Part shown: in pieces, positions 17,972 to 28,648 of the stretch
Layout of the letters: every line of letters begins with the position of its first letter
Position numbering within the stretch: the stretch's first letter is position 1
DNA from: Candidatus Krumholzibacteriia bacterium
GTDB lineage: Bacteria; Krumholzibacteriota; Krumholzibacteriia; JAJRXK01
Direction of reading: 5' to 3'
DNA length: 64,000 bases
NCBI GenBank assembly: GCA_041484665.1
Contig: JBGPIA010000003.1
Location: 250,414 to 314,413, forward strand
The notes under the pieces: model-generated
The model's database searches: none
The model's input: the letters and a program-made list of their open reading frames with translations, nothing else
Told to the model about the DNA's origin: nothing
Translations under genes and position numbers: made by a program

Positions 17972-20900
17972 ATGGCCGCACCATCCCAGCGATTCCTGAG
18001 CGACGCCTATCGCCAGACCGGCACCCCGTACGCCGGCTTCGACAGCCTGATGCCCCACCGCGCCCACGACATCCTGGTGGTCGCCAGCGATTACGACGCC
18101 TTCGTGATCGAGGAGGGTGGGCGGCTCACGGAACTCATCCTCGGCGAGTTCGTGAGCCTCAACCTCCACACCGCGCCCAGCATCACGCGCGTGGCTACCG
18201 CCGAGCAGGCCCTCGAGCTGCTGCACCAGCGCCGGTTCGATCTGGTGCTGACCATGCTGTGGGCGGGCGAAGTGGACGCCTTCACCTTCGGCCGGCGTGT
18301 GAAGTCCATCGACCCGCGCGTGCCGGTGGTGGTGCTCGCCTTCGACACCCGCGAGCTGGCCCGGCTGCAGCCGGTCTCGCCCCGCGACGGCGTCGACGAG
18401 ACGTTCATCTGGTGGGGTGACGCCCGCCTGTTCATGGCGATCCTGAAGCTGTTCGAAGACCGCTGGAATGCCGACCACGACGCGCGCGTGGCCAGCGTGC
18501 GAACCATCCTCTTGATCGAGGACTCGGTGCGCTTCACCTCGCTGTACCTGCCGCTCTTGTACACCGAGCTGATGGACCAGACGCAGTCGCTCATGGACGA
18601 GGGGGTCAACGTCACCCACCGCGTGCTGCGCATGCGGGCGCGGCCCAAGATCCTGCTGGCGCGCAGCTACGAGCAAGCGGTCGAGCTGTACGCCCGCTAC
18701 CGCCCTTACATGCTGGGCGTGATCTGCGACCTGTCCTTCCCGCGCGAGGGCAAGGTCGATCCCGGCGCGGGCGCCACGTTCGTGCGCCGCGTCAAGGAGG
18801 ACGACCCCACCTTGCCCGTGCTGCTGCAATCCTCCGAGGACCGGGCAGCGCAGCTGGCGGAGCAGCTGGGGGCCTCGTTCATCCACAAGCGCTCGCGCAG
18901 CCTTCTGGCCGACCTGCGGCGTTTCATCCAGGGGCGGCTGGGTTTCGGCGATTTCGTCTTCCTGCTGCCCGACGGCGCGACCGGGGTGGAGGGAGCGACC
19001 GAAGTGGACCGCGCGAGCGATCTGCGGTCGATGGAGGAGACCCTGGCGCGGGTGCCGGACGCTTCGCTCCTGTGGCACGCGAATCGGAACGACTTCTCCA
19101 ACTGGCTGCGTGCGCGCACCGAATTCGAGCTCGCCGCGCGCCTGCGCCCGCGCCGCGTGAGCGAGTTCAGTTCCATCGGCGACCTGCGCGCCTACCTGAT
19201 CCGCACCTTGAGCGCCCACCGGGCCGAGACGCGCCGCGGCGTGGTGGCGGACTACTCGCCACGGCAGTTCGACGCCGGCAGTGCGTTCGTGCGCATCGGG
19301 CGGGGCTCGCTGGGGGGCAAGGGGCGCGGTCTGGCCTTCGCCAACCACCTGCTGCTGCGCAGCGGCATCGCTGAGCTGTTCGATGGCGTGCGCATCGCCG
19401 TTCCGCCCACCGCAGTGATCGGGACCGACGTCTTCGACGCCCTGCTGGACGACGTCCGGCTGCGCGAGATCGCCTACGGTTCCGCCCTCGACGAGGAGAT
19501 CACCCGCGCGTTCCTCGCCGCGCGGCTGCCCGAAGACGTGCGCGAGGACCTGGCCACCTTCCTCGAGCGCGTGACGTATCCGCTGGCCGTGCGATCCTCG
19601 AGCCTGCTGGAGGACTCGCAGCTGCAACCCTTCGCCGGCATCTACCGCACCTACATGCTGCCCAACAACCACCCGCGCCGGGAGGTGCGGCTGCGCCAGC
19701 TCGAGCGCGCCGTGAAGCTCGTCTACGCCTCCACCTTCTCGCTGGCCTCGCGCGCCTACATCGAGTCCACGCCCTACCGCATGGAGGACGAGAAGATGGC
19801 GGTGGTGCTCCAGCAGCTGGTCGGCTCCGCCTACGGGACGCGCTTCTATCCCACGCTGTCGGGTGTCATCCGCTCGTACAATTTCTACCCCATCGCGCCC
19901 TTACGCGCAGAGGACGGCATCGCCGTGCTCGCGCTGGGCTTCGGGCGGCAGGTGGTGCTGGGCTTCGACGCACTGCGCTTCTCGCCGGTCCACCCGCACC
20001 ACTTCGCGCAGTTCGCCACCGTGGCCGACACGGTGCGCAACTCGCAGCACCATTTCTTCGCGCTGGACCTCTCTCATCCCGACGCGATGTCAGATGTGGC
20101 CGAGGACTCCAACATGTTGCGGCTGGGGCTGCCGGCGGCGCTGGCCGACGGCACCATGACCTGGCTGGCATCCACCTACTCGCCACAGAACGACTGCGTC
20201 TACGACGGGCTGCGCGAGGATGGGACGCCACTGGTCACCTTCTCCCCCATCCTGAAGTCGGAGGCATATCCCCTGGCAGAGATCCTGCGCACGCTCGAGG
20301 CGCTCGCCCGCGACGGCCTGGGCGCGCCCGTCGAGATCGAGTTCGCCATGGACCTGACGCGCCAGCCTGCCTTCTTCGGCTTCCTGCAGACGCGCCGCAT
20401 GGTGATCGGGCGGGAGCCCGATGAGGCGCCCCTGGAGGAGGACGCGCTGCGCAGGCCGGTGTGCTTGAGCCTGAGCGCGCTGGGCAATGGCACGCTGCCC
20501 AACATCCACGATATCGTGTACGTGCGGCCGGAGCAGTTCGACCCGTCGCGCACGCCGCAGATCGCCGGCGAGGTAGGCCGGATCAACGCGCAGTTGCGGG
20601 CGGAGAAGCGCCCCTACGTGCTCATCGGACCCGGACGCTGGGGCTCGGCCGATCCGTGGCTGGGGATTCCCGTGGGCTGGGAGCAGATTTCGGGCGCCCG
20701 TACCATCGTCGAGGCGGCGCTGCCCGACTTCAAAGTGGCGCCGTCGCAAGGCACGCATTTCCTGCAGAACCTCACTAGCCTGGGCGTGGGCTACTTCACC
20801 GTGGATGCCGCGACCGGAGATGGTATGGTGGACTGGCCATGGCTGGCGGCGCAGCCGGAGATCACGGCCACGGAGTATGTCCGCCACATTCGGACGGAGC

Positions 20901-21058
20901 GCGCCCTGAAGGTGAGGATCGAGGGACAGACGGGGCGCGGGATCATCCTGCCACCCACGGAACCGGCGGAGTCCCGGCCACAGTCCGAACACCCCGCGCA
21001 CCTGCCTGAGCCGGAGCAGCCGCAGCGCGGGGAGCCGCGGGAGCGCGCGGAGCCCTGA
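17972..21058 (+). CDS. Receiver-domain-fused PEP/pyruvate-binding (PPDK_N, ATP-grasp) protein
   Basis: Two receiver-like modules; SLGGKGRGL, AVRSSSLLEDS, EKMAVVLQ, VEIEFA; C-terminal IGPGRWGS and SQGTHF; no PEP-binding TIM barrel. Confidence 0.85.
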   Translation: MAAPSQRFLSDAYRQTGTPYAGFDSLMPHRAHDILVVASDYDAFVIEEGGRLTELILGEFVSLNLHTAPSITRVATAEQALELLHQRRFDLVLTMLWAGEVDAFTFGRRVKSIDPRVPVVVLAFDTRELARLQPVSPRDGVDETFIWWGDARLFMAILKLFEDRWNADHDARVASVRTILLIEDSVRFTSLYLPLLYTELMDQTQSLMDEGVNVTHRVLRMRARPKILLARSYEQAVELYARYRPYMLGVICDLSFPREGKVDPGAGATFVRRVKEDDPTLPVLLQSSEDRAAQLAEQLGASFIHKRSRSLLADLRRFIQGRLGFGDFVFLLPDGATGVEGATEVDRASDLRSMEETLARVPDASLLWHANRNDFSNWLRARTEFELAARLRPRRVSEFSSIGDLRAYLIRTLSAHRAETRRGVVADYSPRQFDAGSAFVRIGRGSLGGKGRGLAFANHLLLRSGIAELFDGVRIAVPPTAVIGTDVFDALLDDVRLREIAYGSALDEEITRAFLAARLPEDVREDLATFLERVTYPLAVRSSSLLEDSQLQPFAGIYRTYMLPNNHPRREVRLRQLERAVKLVYASTFSLASRAYIESTPYRMEDEKMAVVLQQLVGSAYGTRFYPTLSGVIRSYNFYPIAPLRAEDGIAVLALGFGRQVVLGFDALRFSPVHPHHFAQFATVADTVRNSQHHFFALDLSHPDAMSDVAEDSNMLRLGLPAALADGTMTWLASTYSPQNDCVYDGLREDGTPLVTFSPILKSEAYPLAEILRTLEALARDGLGAPVEIEFAMDLTRQPAFFGFLQTRRMVIGREPDEAPLEEDALRRPVCLSLSALGNGTLPNIHDIVYVRPEQFDPSRTPQIAGEVGRINAQLRAEKRPYVLIGPGRWGSADPWLGIPVGWEQISGARTIVEAALPDFKVAPSQGTHFLQNLTSLGVGYFTVDAATGDGMVDWPWLAAQPEITATEYVRHIRTERALKVRIEGQTGRGIILPPTEPAESRPQSEHPAHLPEPEQPQRGEPRERAEP

Positions 21059-21111
21059 CCACCCCGCGCACGGCACGGCGGCCGCGGAGCACCGATCGCC
21101 CGGCGCATGAG

Positions 21112-22917
21112 GTGGCATCCGCGGAGCACCGACCATCCAGCGCAGAGCATACGTACCAAGAAGGAGGGCGGGACGTGAAGCACATCGATCTGGATCTCAC
21201 GATCTCCTTCGCGCGCCAGGAGATCGCCGGCACGGCGGTCCACCACCTGCGGGGCAAGGCGTCGGCGCCGCGCCGGCTGGCCCTGGACACGCGCGAGCTC
21301 GCCATCGCCCGCGTGCGGGCGGGGGCGGGCGCCAAGCTCGTGGAGGTGCCCTTCGCATTCCTGCCGGAGGTGCGCTTCGAGGGCCGCAAGTTGCAGATCG
21401 ACCTGCCGCGGGGCGCCGACCGCGTGGAGGTCACCTACCGCACCGCGCCCTCGGCGTCGGGCCTGCAGTGGCTGGCACCGTCGCAGACGGCTGGGCGCCG
21501 CCAGCCCTTCCTGTACTCGCAGTCGCAGGCGATCCACGCGCGTTCGTGGGTGCCCTGCATCGACGAGCCGCACGTGCGCACGACCTTTTCCGCCGTGGTG
21601 CGCGTGGAGGAGAGGCTGCGCGCGGTGATGGGCGCCGAGGATCGCAGCCGCGCCGACGAAGCGGGCGTCTACCGGTTCCACATGCCGCAGCCCATTCCGA
21701 GCTACCTGCTCGCACTGGGAGTGGGCGACCTGGCATTCCGCTCCATCGGCGCTCGCTCGGGAGTCTGGGCCGAGCCCGCGGTCGTGGACAAGGCCGCCCA
21801 CGAGTTCGCCGACACGGAGAAGATGATGGAGGCCGCCGAGCGGCTGTACGGCCCCTACCGCTGGGGGCGCTATGACATCCTGGTGCTGCCGCCGGCGTTC
21901 CCCATGGGAGGCATGGAGAATCCGCGGCTCACCTTCGCCACGCCAACCGTGATCGCCGGGGACCGGTCGCTGGTGGCGCTGGTGGCCCACGAGCTTTCGC
22001 ACTCCTGGAGCGGCAATCTCGCGACCAACGCCACCTGGAACGACTTCTGGCTCAACGAGGGCTTCACGGTGTACTTCGAGCGCCGCATCCAGGAGGCGCT
22101 GTACGGCCGCGCGCGCGCCGAGATGGAGGCTGCGTTGGGGCGGCAGCGGCTGGAGGCGACCGTCGCCGAGCTGGGCCCGCGCAGCCGCGACACCTGGCTC
22201 TATATGGATCTGTTGGGGCGCGATCCCGACGACGGCGTCACCGACGTGCCCTACGAGAAGGGATACCTGTTCCTGCGGCTGCTGGAAGAGACCTTCGGCC
22301 GCAAGGCGTTCGACACCTTCCTGCGCCGCCACTTCGATGAGCACGCGTTCCAGTCGCTGACCAGCGCGCAGTTCCTGTCGTACCTGGACGCGCACCTGTT
22401 GTCGAAGGACCGGGCACGGGCAGCGGCGGTGCGCGTGCACGAGTGGGTGTACGGACCGGGCATTCCGGACAACGCACCGCAGGCGCGCAGCGATGCCTTC
22501 GCGCGCGTGGAGCGGACGGCCACCACGTGGCTGGAGGGTGCTGCGGCGCTGAGCGCGGAGGCGACACGGGGCTGGACCGCCCACGAGTGGATCCATTTCC
22601 TGCGCCAGATGCCCCCCGACCTGCCGGCAGAGCGGATGTCTCAATTGGACGAGACCTTCGCGCTGACCCGCAGCGGAAACAGCGAGATCCTGTGCGAGTG
22701 GCTCAAGCTCGCCGTCGCGACGGGCTACTCAAGAGCCCGCGGACGGCTGGAGGATTTCCTGCTGGAGGTCGGCCGGCGTAAGTTCCTCAAGCCGCTCTAC
22801 CAGGAGCTGGCGCGGACCGAGGCGGGCAAGGCGGAGGCGAAGCGCATCTACGCCAAGGCCCGGCCCGGCTATCACGCGATCTCGCGAGCGACGATCGACG
22901 AGATGCTGGGCGCCTGA
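21112..22917 (+). CDS. M1 aminopeptidase (leukotriene A4 hydrolase-like)
   Basis: GGMEN, HELSHSW..WLNEG, PYEKG and C-terminal VGRRKF. Confidence 0.92.
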   Translation: MASAEHRPSSAEHTYQEGGRDVKHIDLDLTISFARQEIAGTAVHHLRGKASAPRRLALDTRELAIARVRAGAGAKLVEVPFAFLPEVRFEGRKLQIDLPRGADRVEVTYRTAPSASGLQWLAPSQTAGRRQPFLYSQSQAIHARSWVPCIDEPHVRTTFSAVVRVEERLRAVMGAEDRSRADEAGVYRFHMPQPIPSYLLALGVGDLAFRSIGARSGVWAEPAVVDKAAHEFADTEKMMEAAERLYGPYRWGRYDILVLPPAFPMGGMENPRLTFATPTVIAGDRSLVALVAHELSHSWSGNLATNATWNDFWLNEGFTVYFERRIQEALYGRARAEMEAALGRQRLEATVAELGPRSRDTWLYMDLLGRDPDDGVTDVPYEKGYLFLRLLEETFGRKAFDTFLRRHFDEHAFQSLTSAQFLSYLDAHLLSKDRARAAAVRVHEWVYGPGIPDNAPQARSDAFARVERTATTWLEGAAALSAEATRGWTAHEWIHFLRQMPPDLPAERMSQLDETFALTRSGNSEILCEWLKLAVATGYSRARGRLEDFLLEVGRRKFLKPLYQELARTEAGKAEAKRIYAKARPGYHAISRATIDEMLGA

Positions 22918-22941
22918 GCCAGAGCCGCTGGGGGTCCGGGT

Positions 22942-23010
22942 GAGCCCCGCTGGGCGCCCGCGCCAGTCGTGCCGGGCGCCCGGGCGAGCCCCGCTGGGCG
23001 CCCGCGCCAG
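22942..23010. repeat. 25-bp direct repeat, two copies
   Basis: GAGCCCCGCTGGGCGCCCGCGCCAG at 22942-22966 and 22986-23010. Confidence 0.85.
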
Positions 23011-23018
23011 AGGAGGAC

Positions 23019-24275
23019 GTGTTGAGCTCCGGTTCCGCCGTCAAGCGCAGGCAGACCCCGACGGTCTGGGTTGCCGGCATCCCGGTCGGGTCGTGCCATC
23101 CGATCGTGGTGCAGAGCATGACCAACACCGACACCGCAGACGCCGCGGCGACCGCCGCGCAGGTGGTGGAGCTGGCGCGAGCGGGCAGCGAGCTGGTGCG
23201 CATCACGGTGAACACTGAGGCGGCCGCGGCCCAGGTCGCCGAGATCCGCAAGCGTATCGAGGACGTGGGCGTGCGCGTTCCGCTCCTGGGCGATTTCCAC
23301 TACAACGGCCACACGCTGCTGCGCCAGTTCCCGGAGTGCGCGCGGGCGCTGGACAAGTACCGCATCAACCCCGGCAACGTCGGGACACGGCGCACCTACG
23401 TCGACAACTTCGTGACGCTGATCGAGATCGCCAAGGACTACGGCCAGCCCGTGCGCATCGGCGTCAACTGGGGCTCGCTGGACCAGCAGCTCCTGACGCG
23501 CCTGATGGATGAGAACGCGCAGCGGGCAGACCCCCTGGACGCGCGCGCGGTCACCATGGAGGCGATCGTGCAGAGCGCCCTGCGCAGCGCCGAGGCGGCC
23601 GAGAAGCTGGGCCTGGCCCACGACCGGATCATCCTCAGCGCGAAGGTCAGTGGCGTGCAGGACCTGATCGAGGTCTACCGCATGCTCGCCGCGCGCTGTG
23701 ACTACCCGCTGCATCTCGGATTGACCGAGGCCGGCATGGGGATCAAGGGCACCGTGGCCAGCACGGCAGGGATCGCGGTGCTGCTGGAGCAAGGCATCGG
23801 TGACACGATCCGCGTGAGCCTGACGCCGGCACCCGGCGGCGACCGCACCGAGGAGGTGCGCATCTGTCAGCAGATCCTGCAGTCAATGGGCCTGCGCAGC
23901 TTCGTGCCGCAGGTCACGGCCTGTCCCGGCTGCGGGCGCACGACGTCCACATTCTTCCAGGAGCTGGCCGAGCAGATCCAGACCTACCTGCGCTGGCGCA
24001 TGCCCGAGTGGAAGGCGCACTACGAGGGCGTCGAGGAGCTGCACGTGGCCGTGATGGGCTGCGTCGTCAATGGCCCCGGCGAGAGCAAGCACGCCGACGT
24101 GGGCATCTCGCTGCCCGGCACGGGGGAGGATCCGCGCGCGCCGGTGTTCGCGGACGGGCAGCTGCGCACCACGCTGAAAGGCCCCACGCTGGTCGAGGAC
24201 TTCACGAAGATCCTCGAGGAGTACGTGGCCGCGCACTACGGCAAGCGCGACGCCGCGGCGAAGAAAGCCTCGTAG
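23019..24275 (+). CDS. ispG: (E)-4-hydroxy-3-methylbut-2-enyl-diphosphate synthase
   Basis: [37 protein letters not shown] and [10 protein letters not shown]. Confidence 0.96.
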   Translation: MLSSGSAVKRRQTPTVWVAGIPVGSCHPIVVQSMTNTDTADAAATAAQVVELARAGSELVRITVNTEAAAAQVAEIRKRIEDVGVRVPLLGDFHYNGHTLLRQFPECARALDKYRINPGNVGTRRTYVDNFVTLIEIAKDYGQPVRIGVNWGSLDQQLLTRLMDENAQRADPLDARAVTMEAIVQSALRSAEAAEKLGLAHDRIILSAKVSGVQDLIEVYRMLAARCDYPLHLGLTEAGMGIKGTVASTAGIAVLLEQGIGDTIRVSLTPAPGGDRTEEVRICQQILQSMGLRSFVPQVTACPGCGRTTSTFFQELAEQIQTYLRWRMPEWKAHYEGVEELHVAVMGCVVNGPGESKHADVGISLPGTGEDPRAPVFADGQLRTTLKGPTLVEDFTKILEEYVAAHYGKRDAAAKKAS

Positions 24276-24386
24276 CGCCGCTCCTCGCGCGATCGGCAGG
24301 TCGGGGTGGGCACCGCTACTCCAATGTCGCCGCTTGGACAAGTCACGAAGTGACACGGTGATACGTGCTGTCCTTGAGGACCGACA

Positions 24387-25961
24387 TCAGGACGGGCGCT
24401 CGCAGACGACCTCGCCGCCAACCACGGTCAGCCGCGTCCGAACCGATCGCCAGGCCTCGGGATCCTCGATCCCCGGATCGTCGAGCGCAGTGAGATCGGC
24501 GAGCTTCCCCGGCGTGATCGAGCCCAACTCGCGCTCGCGGCGCGATCCACACGCCGCCCACAGCGTGTAGCCTAGCATCGCCTCCGTCGCGGTCAGGGCC
24601 TCCTGCGGGTGCCACGGCGCTGCCGCTGGATCGCGGCCGGCGCGCCGCTGGATCGCGCAGTGCACACCCGCGCACGGGTCCAGAGACGCGACGGGCGCGT
24701 CGCTGCCAAGTCCAATCTGAACACCAGCTTGCAGCAACGATCGGAAGGGATACGCAAAGCGTGCTGCCTCTCCCCACGCCGGCAGCAGCGGGATGTCATC
24801 GCTCAGGTGGACGGGCTGCATCGCGCAGTAAATGCCCAGCCGCGCGATCTCCTGCTGCTGCGCCGGCCGCACGCACTGCGCGTGCTCGATCCGGTCCAGC
24901 AGATCGGTGCGCCCGTGGAGTCGGCGAGCAGCGGCGACCGCACGGCACACCAGCGCGACCGTGGCGTCGCCGATGGCGTGCACCGTGCCGGCGATCCGGG
25001 CGCGCCCCGCGCTTGCGAGAATCCCAGTGAGCTCCTCTTCGGTGCGCAGCAGGCGGCCCCGCGAGCCATCCGGGTAGGTGTCCTGCATCCACGCCGACCG
25101 CGAGCCGAGCGAGCCGTCCATGAAGACCTTGACGCCACCCAGCCGGATCCAGGGGTCGTCGCCAGCATAGCTTGCCTCGCCGCGCTCGATGCGCGGGCCC
25201 AGATCCGACAACGGCGTGTGGAAGCAGACGCGCATGCGCAGCTCGCCACGGTCGCGCAGGCGCTCGTAGGTGCGCAGCGCCGCGTCGACCTCCATGCTGT
25301 GGAAGCCCGTGAGGCCGAGTCCGTGGGCGTAGGCGATGGCGTCGTGCACCCAGCGGTCGGCCACCTCCGGCGGCTCGGGGGGACGCGCACTCCAGATCAG
25401 CTCCCAGGCGGTCTCGTAGAGCAGGCCGTCGGGCGCGCCGTCCGGCCGGTGGCCAATCTCGCCTCCGGGGGGCACCGCTGCTTCGGACAGCACCCCCGCC
25501 GCTTCGAGCGCGCGAGTGTTGCACCACATGGTGTGGAAATCGCGACTCTCCAACGCCACGGGGTGATCGGGAAAGACCTCGTCGAGCAAGCGGCGGTCGG
25601 GGCGTCGTGGTCCGGCCAGCAGCGCGGGATCCCAGCCACCACCGCCGACCCACGTCTGCTGCGCGGGCATCCGCTCGCGGTAGGCAAGCAGCAGCGCGCG
25701 GATCGCGGGCAGATTGCAGGCGCCGCCAAGATCGACGCCGGCGCGCCGGCGCGCGAGCTCGTAGAAGTGGGTGTGGGTGTCGGTGAGGCCCGGCAGCAGC
25801 AGACAGCCACGCAGGTCGATGGACAACGCGCTGGGGGCGGCGGGGCGCAGCTCGGTCAGCCCCCCCACCGCCGCGATGCGGCTGTCACGCACCAGCACGG
25901 CATCGCCGCGCACGGCCGGGTCCATGGTCAGCACGCGCCCGCCGTGCAGCAGCAGCTCCAT
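24387..25961 (-). CDS. Amidohydrolase 3 (YtcJ-like)
   Basis: PGLTDTHTH, KVFMDGSLGS, HAIGD, RIEHAQ, GSDAPV and GKLADL. Confidence 0.9.
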   Translation of the reverse strand: MELLLHGGRVLTMDPAVRGDAVLVRDSRIAAVGGLTELRPAAPSALSIDLRGCLLLPGLTDTHTHFYELARRRAGVDLGGACNLPAIRALLLAYRERMPAQQTWVGGGGWDPALLAGPRRPDRRLLDEVFPDHPVALESRDFHTMWCNTRALEAAGVLSEAAVPPGGEIGHRPDGAPDGLLYETAWELIWSARPPEPPEVADRWVHDAIAYAHGLGLTGFHSMEVDAALRTYERLRDRGELRMRVCFHTPLSDLGPRIERGEASYAGDDPWIRLGGVKVFMDGSLGSRSAWMQDTYPDGSRGRLLRTEEELTGILASAGRARIAGTVHAIGDATVALVCRAVAAARRLHGRTDLLDRIEHAQCVRPAQQQEIARLGIYCAMQPVHLSDDIPLLPAWGEAARFAYPFRSLLQAGVQIGLGSDAPVASLDPCAGVHCAIQRRAGRDPAAAPWHPQEALTATEAMLGYTLWAACGSRRERELGSITPGKLADLTALDDPGIEDPEAWRSVRTRLTVVGGEVVCERPS

Positions 25962-25974
25962 CAATCGCCCCCCC

Positions 25975-26523
25975 TCAGTGCAGCCGACCCTTCTGGACGT
26001 TGCGCATCAGCGAGTGGAGCTCGCGGCGGTCGGCCGCGCGGACATCGTAACGCCGGATCACGTCGGCGCGCAGGAACAGGAAGCAGAACAGGGCCGTCCA
26101 GATGGGCTCCAGCGGTGCACCGGTCCACGGCACCGGGCCCAGCAGATGCGCGTAGCTGAGCAGTCCGCCGGCGGCCTCGGCCCCAATAAAGCCCAGGCAC
26201 AACCAGCGGCCGACCGGACGGCGCAGCAGCGCGCCCGCCACGGCGGCGGCCGCGAGCATGATGCGCGCCGCCGGGACTGCGACCGCCGGTAGGCTGGGCT
26301 TGCCGGGCGCCGCCAGGGCCCGCCAGAGGCTCCCGCCCGACAGCGCGGCCACCGCCAGCGCGTCGACCAAAAGCAGGATCAACAGCAGCCGGATCGCGAG
26401 CGGCAGGTAGGGGCGCTCGCTCAGCTGCGCCTGGTCGCGACGTTCGCGCTCGCAGTACGCGCAGCCGTGCTCGGTAGCGGGGATCACCCGGCCACAGACT
26501 TCGCACTTGGTGATGTTCACCAT
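25975..26523 (-). CDS. Membrane protein with an N-terminal Zn-ribbon
   Basis: CEVC..CAYC followed by about four hydrophobic helices. Confidence 0.6.
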   Translation of the reverse strand: MVNITKCEVCGRVIPATEHGCAYCERERRDQAQLSERPYLPLAIRLLLILLLVDALAVAALSGGSLWRALAAPGKPSLPAVAVPAARIMLAAAAVAGALLRRPVGRWLCLGFIGAEAAGGLLSYAHLLGPVPWTGAPLEPIWTALFCFLFLRADVIRRYDVRAADRRELHSLMRNVQKGRLH

Positions 26524-26833
26524 GACGGCACCGGGCGCAGGCCCAAGCGAGCAGGAGAAGGCGCCACCCCCAGGTCGTGTTGCCTATGATGAAAATAGCA
26601 CGCTGCCACGGCAACCGAAATAGCGTGGCGCCCTGCGCTCCGCGCCAGCGCAATCGGTGCGCGCCTCTGCTGCGCGGGTACGCTGCCATGCTGCCGCGCA
26701 ACTGCGGCCCTTGTCTGCGGTTGTGCCGCCGACCGCGGCCAGGTAGGCTTGCCTGCCGCACGCCGTCCCCCTGCCGCCGCGCCGGGTGGCGAGCTTGGTG
26801 CCGCTGTCCTGCAGCCGCGGAGCCGTCCCCCCG

Positions 26834-28645
26834 ATGCCCCAGGTTGAGATCTTCGGTGATCTGCGCTCGTTCCTCGACGCACTGCGCCAGGACGGCGACC
26901 TGATGGAAATCGATGCCGAGGTCGACGCGCATCTGGAGGCGGCCGAGATCCACCGCCGCGTGATCGCGGCCGCGGGCCCCGCCCTGCTGTTCCGGCGCGT
27001 GCGCGGCGCGTCGACGCCGGTGGTGACGAATCTGTTCGGAACGGCCCGGCGTGTGGAGCGCGCGTTCGGCACGCGGCCGCGGCAGCTCGTGGAGGCGATT
27101 GCGGCGCTGCCGCGCGAGCTGATGCCGCCCAGCCTCGGCACGCTGTGGCGGCGACGCAAGCTGGCCGTGCCGCTGCTGGGCCTGGGTACGCGCCGTGCCA
27201 GCGGCGCGCCCGTGCTGCAGCGCACGCAGCGCCCGCCGCGGCTGGACCAGTTGCCGGTGCTCACCACCTGGCCACAAGACGGGGGTCCGTTCCTCACGCT
27301 TCCGCTGGTCTACACCGAGCACCCCGATGGCCTTGGGCACAACCTGGGCATCTACCGCATGCAGCGCTACGACGCGACCACCTGCGGCATGCACTGGCAG
27401 ATCGGCAAGGGCGGCGGATTCCACTATGCGGTCGCCGAAGAGCGCGGGCGGGCGTTGCCGGTGAACGTGTTCCTGGGCGGGCCGCCGGCGCTGCTGTTGG
27501 CGGCGATCGCGCCGCTGCCCGAGAACGTCCCGGAGCTGATGCTCGCGGCGCTGGTGCTGGGACAGAAGGTGAGGCTGGCGGCGAACCCGCATGGCCCACT
27601 GCCGCTGGCCGCCGATGCCGAGCTAGTGCTAGTCGGCCGCGTTCCGCCGCGCGAGCGCCGGCCGGAAGGTCCCTTCGGCGATCACTACGGCTACTACTCG
27701 CTGCGCCACGACTATCCGGTCTTCCACTGCGATGCACTGCTGGCGCGCCGCGACGCGATCTTCCCGGCGACGGTGGTGGGCAAGCCACGGCAGGAGGACT
27801 TCTTCCTGGGTGACTTCCTGCAGGAGCTGTTGGCGCCCGTCTTCCCGCTGGTGATGCCTGCGGTGACCGACCTGTGGAGCTACGGCGAGACCGGTTACCA
27901 CTCACTGGCGGCGGCGGTGGTGCGCCAGCGCTACAAGCGCGAGGCGATGGCCGCAGCCTTCCGGATCTTGGGCGAGGGGCAGCTGTCGTTGACCAAGTTC
28001 CTTCTGGTGCTGGATGCGCCGCGTGACCTGCGAGACTTCCGCGGGACGCTGGCGCAGGTGCTGGAGCGGGCGGACTTCCACAGCGATCTGTACGTCTTCG
28101 GGAATCTGTCGATGGATACGCTGGACTACACCGGCCCTGCGGTGAACGAAGGCAGCAAGGGCGTATTGCTGGGCGTAGGGCCGCCGGTGCGGACTCTGCC
28201 GGCGGAGTTCCGCGGCGAGCCGCCCTCGGAGGTGCGCCGGATACGGGTGTTCTGCCCGGGGTGTCTGGTGATCGAGGCGGCTCCTTACGCGCAGGACCGC
28301 GCCGCTGCCGCGCGGCTTCCGCAGCATCCGGCGTTCGCCGACTGGCCTCTGCTGGTGCTGGCAGACGACGCGGAACAGACCGCGCGCAGCCCGATCAATT
28401 TCCTGTGGACGACATTCACGCGCTTCGAGCCCGCGGCCGACATCCATGGCGCGCAGGTTGAGTTGCAGCGGCTGCACCCCTCATTCACCCCGCCGGTGTT
28501 GATCGACGCGCGAAGGAAGCCGGGGCTCCCCGAGGAGCTGTTCTGCGACGAGCAGACCGCGGCGCAGGTCACGCGGCGCTGGGCGGAGTACTTCCCGCTC
28601 GGCAAGGTCGAGATGGGAGATAGCGGGCGGGGCCACCTGGTCTGA
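26834..28645 (+). CDS. UbiD-family prFMN-dependent decarboxylase (long, menaquinone/futalosine-pathway-like)
   Basis: NLGIYRMQ, EGPFGDHYGYY, GKPRQED and a duplicated C-terminal domain. Confidence 0.88.
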   Translation: MPQVEIFGDLRSFLDALRQDGDLMEIDAEVDAHLEAAEIHRRVIAAAGPALLFRRVRGASTPVVTNLFGTARRVERAFGTRPRQLVEAIAALPRELMPPSLGTLWRRRKLAVPLLGLGTRRASGAPVLQRTQRPPRLDQLPVLTTWPQDGGPFLTLPLVYTEHPDGLGHNLGIYRMQRYDATTCGMHWQIGKGGGFHYAVAEERGRALPVNVFLGGPPALLLAAIAPLPENVPELMLAALVLGQKVRLAANPHGPLPLAADAELVLVGRVPPRERRPEGPFGDHYGYYSLRHDYPVFHCDALLARRDAIFPATVVGKPRQEDFFLGDFLQELLAPVFPLVMPAVTDLWSYGETGYHSLAAAVVRQRYKREAMAAAFRILGEGQLSLTKFLLVLDAPRDLRDFRGTLAQVLERADFHSDLYVFGNLSMDTLDYTGPAVNEGSKGVLLGVGPPVRTLPAEFRGEPPSEVRRIRVFCPGCLVIEAAPYAQDRAAAARLPQHPAFADWPLLVLADDAEQTARSPINFLWTTFTRFEPAADIHGAQVELQRLHPSFTPPVLIDARRKPGLPEELFCDEQTAAQVTRRWAEYFPLGKVEMGDSGRGHLV

Positions 28646-28648
28646 CGC

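Noticed and set aside
22942..23010. CRISPR interpretation of the short direct repeats here and at 38515-38562
   Set aside because: Only two copies each, spacers of 19 and 4 bp, and no cas genes.
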